Below are positions 12,673 through 27,508 of a stretch of DNA of 64,000 nucleotides, in pieces. Origin of the DNA: Octopus vulgaris (taxonomy: Eukaryota); NCBI GenBank assembly GCA_951406725.2, contig OX597818.1, positions 15,190,001-15,254,000 on the forward strand. The letters are read 5' to 3'. Numbering within the stretch: the first letter of the stretch is position 1; every line of letters starts with the position of its first letter. Below the pieces are notes generated by a model. The model saw only the letters and a list, made by a program, of their open reading frames with translations. It was not told where the DNA came from and searched no databases. The translations under genes and the position numbers were made by a program.

Positions 12673-14930
12673 GATGATGGACACATAAGAGGTGCAGCAA
12701 CATCAAAGGAAAATTAACTGAGAAGATAGCTTTCGTGTGTGACAGATGCACAGGGGCAATAGACACCACAGATACTCAGAAAACAGATTCCATCACACTC
12801 CAGGGGAAGAAACTAGAAGTAGTTAATAGCTTCCACTACCAAGTTAGTAGTGGGGGTGGATGCTCAGAGTGTTACCACTAGAATAAGAATAGCCTGGGCA
12901 AAGTTTAGAAAGCTTCTTCCCCTACTGGCAACAAAGGGTCTCTCGCTCAGAGTGAAAGGTAGATTTTTGCAACATTGACTCTAAGGCCCTTCAATTCTAA
13001 ACCTTGATTTCACACCTGAAATTTCTTCTAGTTCTGGTAGTGATTCTGCTATGAGGGCCAAGTCATCAGCATAGAGGAGCTCCCAGGGGTAACATGTCTT
13101 GAATTCCTCTGTTATTGCCTGGAGGACTATGATGAATAAGAGGGGGCTAAGAGCTGATCCTTGGTGGACCCCTACTTCTATCCAGAATTCTTCACTATAC
13201 TCATTGACAATCCTTACCTTACTAACAGCATCTCTGTATAGGGCCTGTACAACCCTTATTAACCATTTGTCAATCCCCAGTTTCTGCATAACTCACCAGA
13301 TAAGAGATCGGGAGTCACCTGTCAAAGGCTTTCTCCAAGTCCACAAAAGCCAAGTATAGAGGTTTATCTTTGGCTTGGTATTTCTCCTGCTGTTGCCGTA
13401 CCAGGATCAGTGGTGCTTCTACCTGGTACTAAACGGAACTGCATCTCATCTAAGCAGACTCTCTCCCTAATTAGTTGGGCTATGAGCCTCTCCGTGACCT
13501 TCATCACCTGATCCAGCAGTTTGATACCCCTGTAGTTATTTCTATCTAAAGCATCACTTTTACCCTTGTAGCAGTTGACTATGGTGCTGATATGCCAGTC
13601 ATTGGGTATGACTCCATCATGAACTATCTGGTTTACAAAATGGGTGACTAGGCCATAGCCCACACCACCAGATGTTTTAAGCATCTCAGCAGTGACTCCT
13701 GATGGGCTGGGGGCTTTTTCTGGCTTCATACCCTTAATTGCTTTATCTACCACATGCTGTCTATTCGGATAGCTAGTCCCTCTACTGGATCAACATTTGG
13801 CACGCTCTCCTCCCCCCATTCATTTTCCACATTCAGTAATCTTTCATGGCATCTCCATGCCTCTTTCTTTTCTGAATCATTAAAAGCAAGTGCACCATCA
13901 TCCATATGGGCACATTTCTTTCCTGTGACATCACAATTTTCTCTCACACACTGTCTTGCAATCTGAAGTACTTCAGTTCTTTGGTCCTCACGTCGCTGGA
14001 CATTGGCAAACTTCTTCTTTTCTACTTCACCCTTGGGTATCTATACATGTCGCCCAGTCTCCCTTCTGGCTATCTGGTACAGTTTCCTGCTACCTCCACC
14101 CTTCCAGGCTTTCCAGGCCTTTTTCTTTGCTCTAATGGCTTTGTCTACCACCACATTACTCTAGGTCTGGAGAGACTTTGCACCAGCCACAGATTTGGTA
14201 TGTGGCACACAGTAAGCTGTCCCGTAGGAATTTCCAGCTACCTTCTATGGGTGAGGTCTGTAGCTCCCCCTCCTCAAATTTCTTGATGAAGATGTCCCTA
14301 AATCTCTGACCATGTGAAGGGTTCTTTAGCTTCCAAATCCTTCTTTTTTGGATTGGTCTGCTTCTCGGCATCCTTCTGACCTCAAGTGTAAAGTCATTAA
14401 TTACTAGTCTATGCTGGGGGGTACATTCTTCACCTGGGAGGGTCTTTGTATTTAAGAGCAACCCTGCATCTAGCTGTCTGGTGGGAATGAAATCAGTTTG
14501 GCTAGCAGAGGTACCTGATTGATAGGTTTTCAGGTGGTTGTCTGGCTTCCTGAAATTAGTGTTGCAGATTAAAAGGTTACATGCATCACAGAACTCCAGT
14601 AGCCTAGTTCCCACATTGTTTCAGGAACCAATACCATGGCCCCTGCGTAAACCAGTGAAGATAGCGGATTGCTGCCCAACATACTCATTAAAATCTCCAG
14701 CTGCAAAGATGAGGTCATTACCATTCATCTTTCAGGTAGCCTGTAGAAGGGTATCATAAAAATTGCCCTTCTGATCATTTGGTAGGCCCGCTTGTGGGGC
14801 ATAGGCAAAGATAATTGTAGCTGTGCTGTTCTGCAGGACTAGCCTAAGTTTAAGCACTCTATCACATATCCTGACGACCTCTATGACCTTATCCTCCCAT
14901 TTCTCCACAAGGAGTATGCCTGCACCCCAG
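12673..14930 (-). mobile_element. RTE-clade LINE relic (APE + RT); the 12673-12963 segment is inverted (+)
   Basis: NCYKGKSDALDRNNYRGIKLL, GVHQGSALSPLLF, ELLYADDL; frameshifted. Confidence 0.88.
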
Positions 14931-15442
14931 ATGTTTAACTTGACACTTGAGAAGTGTTGAAAAGTCTTTCACATTTCAAGCACTACAGTCTTTAACAGAA
15001 AGGATTGAGAGTAAAAAAAAAAGAAAAAAAAGTGAGAGAGAGAGAGAGAGAGCGAAATATGTAGGGAGGGATTAACAGTTCAGCATGATGAAATGACTGG
15101 AAGAAAGAGGCTGAGTGAATGGGAGATAATAATGGTAACTTGGCTGAACTAGAGTGTGCAAGTGCATGTGTGTATGTAAGAATGGTGTATATTAGTGTAT
15201 ATGTGTCAATGGGGGGAATGCTTGGGTGGGTGAGCTTAAAATAATGTTGGCCTGTGTGTGTATGTACATACATACATGCATAAATACATACATACATATA
15301 TACATACATATATATGTACATACATACATACATACGCTTTCATAGTGAGCAGATAGCTATACATATCCACTTTCTTTATTTCAAATTTTGCTACACACAA
15401 AATAATGTTAATCATATAAATTGCATAAATTCTATATTGCAG

Positions 15443-15594
15443 GGTGATTACGATGCTGGTTATATATACGAATGCGCATTTCCAGGTGAGCGTGATTCTC
15501 AGAGAGCTATTCCTGACAGTGATCCAGCAACCCCGCTTAGAGCTGTTGCTGTTGTTAACAATAATGATGCTGGAATTACAATAATGAAATTTAG
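15443..15594 (+). CDS. CFAP44: CFAP44 exon 4 (GDYDAGYIYECAFP...)
   Basis: tgcag acceptor, gtaaaa donor, 152 nt, phase 0 to 2; G.YD.G..Y.C.FP motif. Confidence 0.9.
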
Positions 15595-15990
15595 GTAAAA
15601 TTATCCATCTTAATTGCCTTCTTATTAAAGTATTCCAAGGCTGAGTGTCTATAATATAAAATTTACAAGATTTAAGGATCTTTGACACTTACATCCTTCT
15701 CTGCTGTTGTTTCCAGAAAAGTAAACAGTTTGAAAGGGTTGGTTAATATTTTATGAATTGGCGATCTAGTACTTTCATATATTGAATCAACATTGTGTTG
15801 CTGATGTCATTGTTTAGGCTGAGATCGATTCTGATAACAAAAGATTTATGATCAAAGGCATTCAAGAGGTGAACATCTCAGGTGTTTTTAGGAATAAGCA
15901 TGAATACAAGATTTCTATGGATCTTCTTTTCACCTTGGTAGTGATGAACACTGTTGAAGCTTGCTCTGTGTGTGTGTGTGTGTCTGTGTG

Positions 15991-16028
<38 letters not shown>

Positions 16029-16825
16029 TGCGTGCATGTGTGTATGTGTGTGTATAAGAAAACTACAAGTGGGGTTCAAAATTCACAAAAGCTGTTTGGA
16101 CAGCATTTTATGAATGCATTCTAGATTACATCATGTAAACGTATAAACAAGTAAGGAAGAAATGAAAAAGTTTCCAGTCCACCAACAGTCATGGTGGAAC
16201 ACTTGTTTCATGACGTTTAGTAATTTGGGTAAGTGTTCTGAGCTATAGCTGTGAAATGAGCAAAGCTCTGTAAGTGGATGGATTTAGTGGACAGAAACTC
16301 TGTGTGTGTATGTATGTGTGTGTGTGTGTGTGTGTGTCTCCTTAATGAACAATAAGATTTATTGAAGAAAATTTTTTTTCATATTCTACAGAATTAGTAT
16401 ATTCATTGAACAATATCATGTCTTATATGCTTTGACAGGCCATGCTTAACAATTATATGGCTAATATTACTGAAACTATTTATAATGTGTCATGTACAGT
16501 ATGGCCAGTTAATAGTAGACTGTTATATAGTGAAAGTCCCATTAATTACTATAGTCTCCTTGTTTTGTGTGTGTCTCCTTGTTTTGACATTGCATGGTTG
16601 TTGTAAATGAATGTCATTCCCTTTCAATATTCTACAAAAATATGTCTAATCATGAAGAAATATTAGCTTGCTTGGGAATAGATTAGTGTTGGCAACAAGA
16701 GAGGCATTTGGGTTTAGAAAATCTACTTCAATATGCTCCATCCAACCCATGCAAGCATTGGAATGTGGATGTTAAAATGACGATGATGATGTATTTGTGT
16801 GTTTCTATGTATATGTTTGCAAATC

Positions 16826-16859
<34 letters not shown>

Positions 16860-18814
16860 TATGTATGTGTGTGTGTGTGCATCTGTGTGTTTAATTATAC
16901 CTTTGTAAATGTTTAGTTGCATGGGTTTAAATTAGTGTCCCCATAATGCAATCTATATTATAAAAGTCAAGCTGATCTTCATCTGTTTGTCCATCACAGT
17001 ATATATTGCACATTTTTTAGTGCTTATTGTACCAGCACATTTGCCATACACAAAGACTATATTCCCTGTTAACCTTCCCTTGATATTATTACATCTCTTA
17101 TGTGTCTAAAGCTTGCACTGGGTAAAATGTATGGAGTTTCTACCAACACACTTCTTAAATACAGAGCAGGGCCATCACCCAGAAGGGACTTGTGATTTGT
17201 CCGTTTTCCTACTTACTAAGACTTTAGTTTTTGCTAAATTAACTCTAAGGCCCTATGTATCATCATCCCTGCTTAATTAAGACTGGCCAAATGATCTTGA
17301 AATCAGAACATGCCATAGGAGGGTTAATACAAGGTAATGAGGAAAACTGTGGAAGCACCTTCTCCAAAGATTAATGCAAATTCATTCCCATAGTGCATTC
17401 TACCATTGGAAACAAATGTAAAATTGTTTAAGAATGCTATAGTATAGTTGTTAATGTGAAAGCTTCTTGCAAACAAATGATTTTTTAGAGCATTTAAGTT
17501 AGAAAATATAATACCTATTTCTTTACTACCCACAAGGAGCTAAACACAGAGGGGACAAACAAGGACAGACAAACGAATTAAGTCGATTATATCGACCCCA
17601 GTGCATAACTGGTACTTAATTTATCGACCCCAAAAGGATGAAAGGCAAAGTCGACCTTGGCGAAATTTGAACTCAGAACGTAACGGCAGACGAAATACAG
17701 CTACGCATTTCACCCGGCATGCTAACGATTCTGCTAGCTCACTGCCTATCAGTGCTGTAGTGAAACATGGACACTGACAAAGAAATTATTAAACAGTTTA
17801 GATCGATGATACACAAGGATGCTATGAATGGCCCTAAATGTGAAATGACAGCAACATATGACAAATGATACCTGCTGAAAATTAGTGAGAAGATCAAGCA
17901 AAGATGGCTGTGACTCTCTGGTCACTGTATGTGCCACCCTGAACTGGTGGCATCCAAATTAGTCCTGTGAAATCCACTTCATGGCAATGTAAGAAGAGCA
18001 AAACGTCCTTACACTTACATCAACAATTTGATTGCAGATACTGGCTTGAAATGTATCCAGGACCTCAAGGCAGTGATGTTGAACTGAGAAGTGTGGCAGA
18101 GTGGACTTTGTTGCTGTGGCTTAGGCTGGAACCTTTCCATAATAATAACTAACAATCGTTATTATCATCTTACATTCACTTTTCATATTAACATGAGATG
18201 GACAGTCCAACAGAATCTGATGAATAAGAGGACCACATAAGGCTCCAGTGTCACATACTTATATTATTTTTAAGCCTGCATTCACTCCCTAACGCTGGGC
18301 ATGTTTGATATGCAGAAAGGAGTAAGAAGCTCTATGAGCAGTGGGGTCACTGGTTCATTAATGACATCAGCACTATACTGTTTGGAAGTTCAAATGGCAA
18401 TGTAAACTGAGTGTTTCATTACTTGCAGTGGCAAAATAAAATGTTGCAAAGAATTTTTGAATAGCGAAGCAATGGGCCCTAACAAATGGATATACTGCAC
18501 AAAGACAAAACCATTCACTTGGTGGTCCCCAACACCCTTTTCATTATGGGATTCCATTGTTACTACTTTTACAGTTGTGTTTCTGTTAAACCAGTTGACA
18601 AGAGTTAGAATGTCCATGACAATTCATTCCTCACACCAACACTTTCACTCTTACTCCTTTTTTAAATGAACTATATTTTAGAATTATCATTGTTGATGCT
18701 GTAACAGTTTTGTCATTTTATATTCCAGTAGTATTACATCTTTTAGTTTGGTTGTTGAGTAAACCTGAATTAAAACGAAAATAGCTAAACAAAATATTAG
18801 TGACAGCTCACTGC

Positions 18815-18816
<2 letters not shown>

Positions 18817-18845
<29 letters not shown>

Positions 18846-18861
18846 TGTATGTATGTATGTA

Positions 18862-18895
<34 letters not shown>

Positions 18896-18923
18896 CATGC
18901 ATGTATGTATGTATGTATTTATG

Positions 18924-18955
<32 letters not shown>

Positions 18956-19163
18956 GATGGATGGATGGATGGATGGATGGATGGATGGTTGGATGAATGG
19001 ATGGATGGACGGATGGACGGACAGAGGGATGGATGAATGGACGGATGGACGGATGGATGGATGGCTGGTCAGATGGATAGACGGACTGACAGATGGATGG
19101 ACAAATGGATGCACAGATGGATGGATGGATGGATGGATGGACGGATGGACAGAGGGATGGATG
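18817..19163. repeat. Compound (TATG)n/(GGAT)n microsatellite
   Basis: Read directly. Confidence 0.95.
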
Positions 19164-20679
19164 AATTGTTTGACTATTTATTTGTTTTTTAATAAATAAT
19201 AAACAAGAAGAGTAACTCAACACCAGTTTATAACTAGGACTTGACATGGATGTACAATGTTTTAAAATTTAGAATTATAATACATTAAGAAATATAATAT
19301 ATTCACAAAGTTAATAATAATTGAAATTAAATCACTATCTCCAAAGCCATTTGCACTGTCTTATGCGTGTATGTTATTATCATCATGAAACATTCCTGTG
19401 TCCTCATGTACAACTCAGTGACACAAGTAATAGAGGTTTCTCATTACAGAACAGAACATGATAGCATTAATGAGTTTAGGGGTTAGTCATAAACAGTGAA
19501 AAGAGTAGTCAGTGCTGGTATCATTGTCATCATAAAGATAATGATCATGATCATCATTATCATTATCATCATCACCACAACTATTGTTTTAATGTCCACT
19601 TTTCCACATATGTGTGTGACCCAAACAGAATTCACTGAGGCAGATTTTCTATGCCCTTCCTGGTTGCCATCCTTCTCTTGTTTCCAAGCAAAGTAATATT
19701 TCCCAATAAGCAAACACATTTCCATGGAAGATTAGAAATGAATGCTCTCAGATGATGATGACACTTTTTTACAACTGTCTGCAAACCCAAGATATAGACA
19801 CAAGCATGCATGCATGTGCACACACACAAACACACACACATGCACAACTCATACACACACAAACACACACACACATGCACAACTCATACACACACACACA
19901 AACACACAAACATACGCACACACATATGCACACACAAACACACACACATACACATACACACACAGTGGTCTTCTGCAGTAGTTTTGCAAGATAGTAGGTT
20001 GTGATTTGAGGGAGATTTGGTTGATATTTCTAGCAAGTTTCACGAGCACATAAAAGCTTTTTGTTGGTTTCCTGATAACAGTGGCAGAACCTGTTATCCT
20101 CAAAGTATCTCGTTGCAGCTGAGTGTACTTATATTCGAGTGTTTTGGCTATGAACAAAGCACAAAAACATGAATAATAAACTCTACATTTTATCTCAGAC
20201 ATCGCGATCTTTTATTTATATTTTGTTGTACATATATCTTGTTTTAGCTCTGTTTTCTTTTCTCTCCTTTGTTTTTTTATGTGTATGCCAAGCATTTTTA
20301 TCTCATATATTTATCTAATAAAAGAAAGAGAGACAAATTAGATTGGCCCATAGCTTGAGACTTACTTCAAAGTGGTATCTGCTTTAACAAAACATTTGAT
20401 GCAACCTCTGTCCTTTCTTTCTTTCTTTCTTTCTTCATTTTCTCTTTGTTTTGGGTGTCTTGTTGTGTCCAGTTTGGCCACTCTGCTTTTATTGCATGTT
20501 AAAAGGTTATGAAATTGCATGACGTTTCTGTAATTGGGGCTCAAAATATCAATTTAGATTCAACACAGTAGGTAACTATTTGTATGTTTTTCATAGAAGA
20601 CTGATTTAATCTCTCAACAAATGACAAAGGCCCGTTAATAATAAATGCTTCTTATCTCTCTGCTTCATTTATTCAACAG

Positions 20680-20956
20680 CAAATTCCAAACCCAGCTGTT
20701 GCTAGGTATGACTGATGGCAAGATCAGAGTGCATCACTTACCTGTTCCTGGTTCCATCAAAGAGCTCGGTCCATACTGGGAGTTTGGGATACATGATTCA
20801 GACTATGGCTACCTAACTGGTTTAGTAGTCAACTTTCAGGACAATTGCCTAATAACTTCTGGTGCTGATGGAAATATCTTTATCTTCTCTTATATGTCAC
20901 TAGACAAAATTGAAGAAAAAATTGTTGCTGCAGAGCCATATACTTTCCGAGCGAAG
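20680..20956 (+). CDS. CFAP44: CFAP44 exon 5 (WD40 blades, ...HDSDYG...LITSGADGNIFIF...)
   Basis: aacag acceptor, gtaagt donor, 277 nt, phase 2 to 0; WD40 signature GADGNIF. Confidence 0.93.
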
Positions 20957-21229
20957 GTAAGTAAAAGTTATACAATGTATTCTCCTATCATTTTATTTTA
21001 AGCCTACCCATGGTTATTAAAAGAGAGTAATGAGCTGGCAGAATTATTAGCTTGCTGGGCAAAATGTCTGGCAGCATTTCATCCATTTTTATATACTGAG
21101 TTCAAAAAGGTTAATAAAATAAGTACTAGCTGAGCACTGGGAGTGACATAATTGACATACCCTCTCCTTTGAACTTACTGGTGCTGTGCCAAAATTTGAA
21201 ACCAATATTAAATACAGTCTCTATATTTA

Positions 21230-21750
21230 CCGTAAATCCTCAACTATAATCTGCATTTTTTTCCCAAAATTTAAAGGTCAAAATCCCTAGTGCGTACTAT
21301 ATACAAGGTTAAAAATGAAAAATATTCTCTAAGCAATGTCTGAGTCTCTATTTGCTGTCCAGCAATGTTTATTCAGATGCATTTTGTGATGTTGGGGGCG
21401 ATAATACCTTAAGCTAAGCCTGAAAGCAATGAAGTCATAAAAGAATCATCCATAACTTGCAGTAAGCAACATTTATTAAACGTTATTACTGTTATTACTG
21501 ATATTTCTTTATTTTCTGCAAACAAAATGCACAAAAAAACTACACGTTTGCATTATGTTATATATACAATAATAATAAAGGACGTTACCTTATACATTTT
21601 TATAAACCAAGGACGTTATATAGACCTCCTTGACTCAAGTTAGAGAAGGGGTGTGTATTATACACAAGGTTTAGGTTTTTCAGAGGTACAGCCTCCTAAA
21701 AATCCCCTGCGTATTATACTCAAGGGCAGACTATACTCAAGGATTTACTG
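21230..21750. mobile_element. MITE with TA TSD (pogo/Tc1-type TIRs)
   Basis: TA|ccgtaaatcctcaactataatctgc ... gcagactatactcaaggatttactg|TA. Confidence 0.8.
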
Positions 21751-22299
21751 TAAGTGGCCAGAGTATCAATGTCATTTGTATTCTTATTTTTATATGAGCA
21801 CAAATATATATTTGGGATTGATGTAGTCTACTTACCCACTCCCCTAAAATTTCAGGCCTTGTACCCTATGTTAGAAAGAATTATTATTATCACTATCATC
21901 ATCATCTTCATCATCATTATTGGAGAACATTCTGCTCATTAGTGTTAGTGGGTAAATGGACATAAGCCAGAACTGTGCGGTTGTAACTGTTCGAGGAAGA
22001 GGTAAAAGCCTTGCAAACCTTCTCAGGCAGTTTCAGCTGATTGACATGTAACCAACTGTTACACAAATATGCTAATGTGGGCTTGGGCATCATCATCATC
22101 ATCATCATATATCATCATCATCTTCATTTAATGTCTGTTTTCCATGCTGGAAGGATTTGGACAACTGTTCAGGCTCCCTGTCTGTTTTGGCATGGTTTCT
22201 ACAGTTGGACGTCTTTCCTAACGCCGACTGTATATTACCTATCCAGCAAAGCATGCTGGCTTCATTGCTTTCAAATTTTTGCACCACATTAAATCGTTC

Positions 22300-24620
22300 T
22301 GATAATATCTTGATTAAAATTTTGTTACATCAGTAGATAAGGATAACATAGGGTTACTCCAGTTTTATATGGTGATCACAAAAGGTTATGATCTTCACAA
22401 TAAACTTAGATAAGACATGCAGACCAAAATATGTTTACAGAAGCTGAACTTATCATTCCTGGCATGAAGTGTTTACTGCAACTGGATTGAAGAATTACTT
22501 AGGAAGTGTTAACAAAGCTGATCATCAATATTGGTGATGGGACCCTCTAAAATGAACTATTAGAATAGAATCCATAGCATATAGTAAAATGAGTGAGGAT
22601 ATAAAACAATAGATTTAGAAAAACTAGGGATCAAATAAGAAAGGACAGTTAGGAAAAGTATCACAACTAGTATCTTTGCAGAAAAATGGCCTTCAATGAA
22701 TCTTTAAAGTGAAATAATGAAGGTTTAGCTAAAGTACTTGCAAAATTGTTGGTTCTTGTCATCAGTTTTGTATAATTTCTAGCTAATCTCTCTGGAACAA
22801 TTTTCTTTTTGTCATCATCATCATCATCTTTAACGTCCGTTTTTTTATGCTGGCATGGTTTGGACAGTTTGACTCAGGACTGGCGAACCAGGAGGCCACA
22901 CCAGGCTTCAATCTGATCTGGCAATGTTTCTACAGCTGGATGTCCTTCCTAACACCAACCACTCCGAGAGTGTAGTGGGTGCTTTTTACGTGCCACTGGT
23001 ACAGGAACCAGTCAGGTGGCACTGGCATCGGCCACGTTCTGATAGTGCTTTTATGTGCCACCGGCACAGGAGCCAGTCGGGGTGGGGGTGGGCTGACATT
23101 GACCATGCTCAGATGGTGCTTTTTATGTGCCACTGGCATGTGGAGCCAGTCAGGCAGCTCTGGCAGTGACCCATGCATGAATGGCGCTTATTGCATGCCA
23201 CCAGCACCGGTATCAGCCACAACTACAATTTCCATTTGATTGAGATTTGATTTGATTTTGATTTACTAGACTCAATAGGTCTCCTCAAGCACAGAATGTC
23301 ACCTGGCGATTATTGTAATGTCTGACACATTATTGTAAGGATAGGTAAAAATTTGTCTTCAGTGGTGCTATAATAAATTTAGTTTAATTGAAAGCTTTCA
23401 GTTGGGGTGGCCATCATTATCTAATGGCTATCTTAACCGTTGTTGATTTTGATCCATTTTTCTGAGGTTGAGTCACTTCTATGTAGAATGGCCTTGGTGG
23501 GATCAAACTAAATTCCAGCTATTAGAACCATTTAATATAACATATTTAGTACATTAAGGGTGTCCTCTCAAATTGTTGTTACATGTTTTGAGTCTTGAAG
23601 CACAGCTAAGGAATTTTACTATTTTGGATTCTGAAAACCAGGTGGTTGGTACTCTTCTAAAGGTATTTAGTGGTAACAAGCATGCTTTAAGTGGAACAAG
23701 CCAGGTGATCTTAAACTCATCCTTTGGAATGGCAAGTCCATACTAGTTAGGGAGTATTTCTTGACTGACAGTTCAGTTTATGATGTTTGATGTTTTCTTT
23801 GGTCCAGACTTCTTGGTGGATAGAAACTGGGATGATGTTACAACTGGAATAAGTAGTTTCCTTCAGAAATGAGCTGAGTGGAGGCTATCTCTGGCAGATT
23901 AGGTAGACAAAGTGAATACCAGCATTAGTTTTCTAATTTATTATTTACCTGTTTGTCTGTTGTGCTTTGCTCTAGTCTATTCTACTGAAATTTCAACCTG
24001 ATGAATACGGAAAACTTTTAAAATTTCCTAGCCAGTCAGAACTTCTGGGGAGCATTGCTGGTTTGAGGTAATCTATACAGGTGTGATAGTGCCATCAGGT
24101 GTGATAGTGCCATCAGGTGTGATAGTGCCATCAGTCTATTCTGCTCAGTGTGTATGCATAGTGATGAAGTGGTCTTTCATGCACAGTCATTGAGTATACA
24201 CTACTGACTCATGGTGTTATGTCAAACAGTTGTTGTTATATGTAGGATGGATCAGGCTATCAACCAAGTTCATGATCTCTCAACCATTTCCTGTGGCATG
24301 AAAGTTTAGTTTTTATCTAACTGATGGCTGTGGTGAGAGTGCTGGTGTGATGTAGTAGATTGAGATGATTAATAAAGGGTCTTTCTTTTTAACCTAGCTC
24401 TTATCAACAGTTTCAAGTACCACTTAAAGAGAAATGTCACATTGCAGGAAATATTTCTTTCACTACAGTTTCCTGGAAATCAATTAGAGTTGCTATCATA
24501 GGCTGGATAAATGGGCTTACTGCAAACATGTGACTTAGGTTGAGATAAAGTTTGGGGAGAAGGTACTTGTATATGGATTATTCTGGTTTACTCAAGGTGG
24601 CTATCCCTCTCTTGGGACAC
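22300..24620 (-). mobile_element. Very decayed retroelement sequence, possibly PLE, interrupted by a SINE
   Basis: Only weak peptide hints (PFVIT-like) on the - strand. Confidence 0.25.
24078..24134. repeat. 18-bp tandem repeat x3
   Basis: (caggtgtgatagtgccat)3. Confidence 0.9.
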
Positions 24621-25331
24621 TTTTTTTATTTCATTTACATACATATTACTAGCTGTATTTGATCAAACTTGTAGAATTTTTCAATATTTTTACAAACTTC
24701 CTACTCATCCACGAGTGAGATGGATAAATGGGTAAAATAAAAGAAATCACCACCACATTGTCATCGTTGTCATCATCATCATCACTGTCAAAGAATAGGG
24801 TTTCATATGTAATAAAAGAATTGAGGAATGTACTAACAAGACAAAGACGCCTGCATGTGAATTTGTTTAGTGTGTAAGTGTTGCACTCCAAGAAGCACAC
24901 AACCCTTCACAAATTCATAAACTGGGTCCAATGGCATAGAGAACCAAGACAACTGAAGTTGACAGATTCATTGCAGCGTTCATCCACCTTCACAGCTGCT
25001 GTGTTGGTTCAACGACAACTTCCTCCTCCTGATCCACCATTGAGGACTTGAATTCACCAGAGCCCCATTAACCAGCTCATTTCAGGGTTCCTGTTGAGCT
25101 TCCATGGCTACCATAGTAGTCATAGGGATCATGAAATCCTGCTGTATTTCACCCCAACAGTTCCAAGTTCAAATTCTGCCGAGGTCAGCTTTGCCTCACA
25201 TTTTGGGATCGTTGAAATAAGTACCAGTCAAGAATTGGGGTTCATGTAATTAACTATGACCCTTCCCGGAAATGTTGGACCTTTCACTAAAAATTTGAAA
25301 CCATTGATGTTGTTGTTATTATTATTATTAA

Positions 25332-25374
<43 letters not shown>

Positions 25375-25835
25375 GCTAATATTATTATTATCATTACTAA
25401 GGTAACAAGCTGACAGAATCGTTAGCATGCCAGGCACAATGTCTTGCAACATTTCGTCTGTTTTTACATACTGATTTCAAATACTGCCGAGGTCAGCTTT
25501 GCCTTTCATCCTTTCAGGGTTGATAAATTAAATACCAGTGAAACACTGGGGTCGATGTAATTGACTAGCCCCTCCCCCACAATTTCAGGCCTTGTATCTA
25601 TAGTAGAAAGAGAATGTAGTAAGTGAAGCAAGAACATACACAAAAATGAAAAGTGCTGCTGAAGAGGTCACAGATGTGTGACAAAAGATTTCCGGACAAC
25701 GGACATGAATTAAAATAATAAAATAAGAACAGTAATAAATGATTAAAGAAAATATATGTAGAGAGAGCATGTGTTTATTTGGCAAAAAAAAAAAATAACC
25801 ATTCCAGAATACAACAACATTATTATTATTATTAT

Positions 25836-25869
<34 letters not shown>

Positions 25870-25886
25870 ATTATTATTATTATTAT

Positions 25887-26465
25887 AGATGTTGCACAGT
25901 ATACAATATTGTGAGGTTGTTGATTGAAGATATTGTGTCTACCGGAGGGTTTGAACTTTCTGTAAAATTACAAGGACCTCAGACAGACAGTACTTTACAC
26001 AATATGCATGCAGTTCCCAGTAATGCTGACTTTTGCAATACATCTAGATTGTAGGGTATCTGTTAGGTTTTCAGATGTTTTTTACTATTGAACCCAATGC
26101 TCCAATCACAATAGGGACAACCTTTATATTTGACTCTTGCAGCTGCCACAGCTTAGTGATCTCAATTCTCAGGTCTCCATATTTATCAACTTTTTCTCTT
26201 TCTTCATGGGTGATATGTTGATCTCCTGTCACTGCCATGTTGATTATTAAGCACTTTTGTTTGGCCTTCAGCGCTCCCAGAGGATTTTTACCTTCCCCTT
26301 TTCGAACATTACCTTTTCCATTGTATGTTGGTATTAAGCACCCATAACCTCATATTCATACTTACGGGATAGTAGCCAGTGGAGGTTTTGGGCTACCTTG
26401 TGATGTCTATGCTTGAACTCTTTCTGCACAAGACTTTCACAAGCACTAACAATGTGAGTCATGCT
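25887..26465 (-). mobile_element. 5'-truncated RLE-type LINE (R4/Dong-like) 3' fragment between (TTA)n tracts
   Basis: - strand encodes HIVSACESLVQKEFKHRHHKV and VVPIVIGALG; TTA repeats on both sides. Confidence 0.7.
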
Positions 26466-26488
26466 TTATTATTATAATTATTATTATT

Positions 26489-26551
<63 letters not shown>

Positions 26552-27287
26552 GAGGTGGGGCACTATCAGTTCAAGACAAACTCTACAGGCATGGATGTGC
26601 TGTTAGAAACACTTGTTTGAGGTGTGCATATAGATATGAAACCATTCTGCACATACTCATTCAAGGTCCAGGCATTGTTGACTGATGGAGTTATGTTGAG
26701 CAGCTGTTGTTGAATGTGGGATGGATCCATCTATAAACTGAATCCATAGTGATGACTGCCCCACTGTCCTCCTTTAATTGGGCAATTAAGGCACTTTTCC
26801 TTTGCCTGGTGGCTGTGGTGAAAGAGGTTGTCTGGTGGATGAGATTGAAAGGTATGAGGACAGATACATTCCTTTTAGGTAGAGGCTCCATCAACGTTGA
26901 AAGAGGTGCTCTCCTCTAGTGAATTTATCAAAAGCTGGGTGAAAGTTGCGAAAATGGCAAAAGTGGATCCTACTACTCTAAGCGTAGGCCTGTGAGTCAG
27001 AGAAAGGGGATTGGAGAAGGTACTTGCCTTTAGTGTTCAGGGAGATTTTGGATGGTAGGGTTCCTCTATTACCCCTATAGGTTCTCCTGTATCAGGAGGA
27101 CCCCCATCACTAGCACCCTTTTGTTTTCATTCTATGTATACTTTCCTTCTTTTAATGTATACAGTGTATACTTTTCTATCATTTCCTTATATATAAACTC
27201 CCACATTTTATGTCTCTCTTTGTATTGTTCCTTCATCCTTTGCCCTGGTGACAAAATAAAAGAAATCGCTATTATCATTATTATTAA

Positions 27288-27508
27288 CCCTTTCGTTACT
27301 GTATTTATTTTGAGGTGCTCTGTGTTTCTTTCAATTATCTTAAATATAACAAAGAATTTAGTAAAATAACTTAGTTATCATTAAGCTAATGTTAGGAATA
27401 TAAATTGCGACTAAGGTTTGGTGGTATATTTTAATGAAAAACTTATGAAAACAAGACATTTATACTACAGAGCCAGAGCCGGTTTTGGCCGGGTTGGTAA
27501 CGAAAGGG
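27288..27508. mobile_element. piggyBac-type MITE
   Basis: TTAA|ccctttcgttac ... gtaacgaaaggg|TTAA. Confidence 0.85.

Noticed and set aside
23995-24055. CTGATGA followed by GAAA
   Set aside because: No stem I, II or III pairing found; treated as a chance match.
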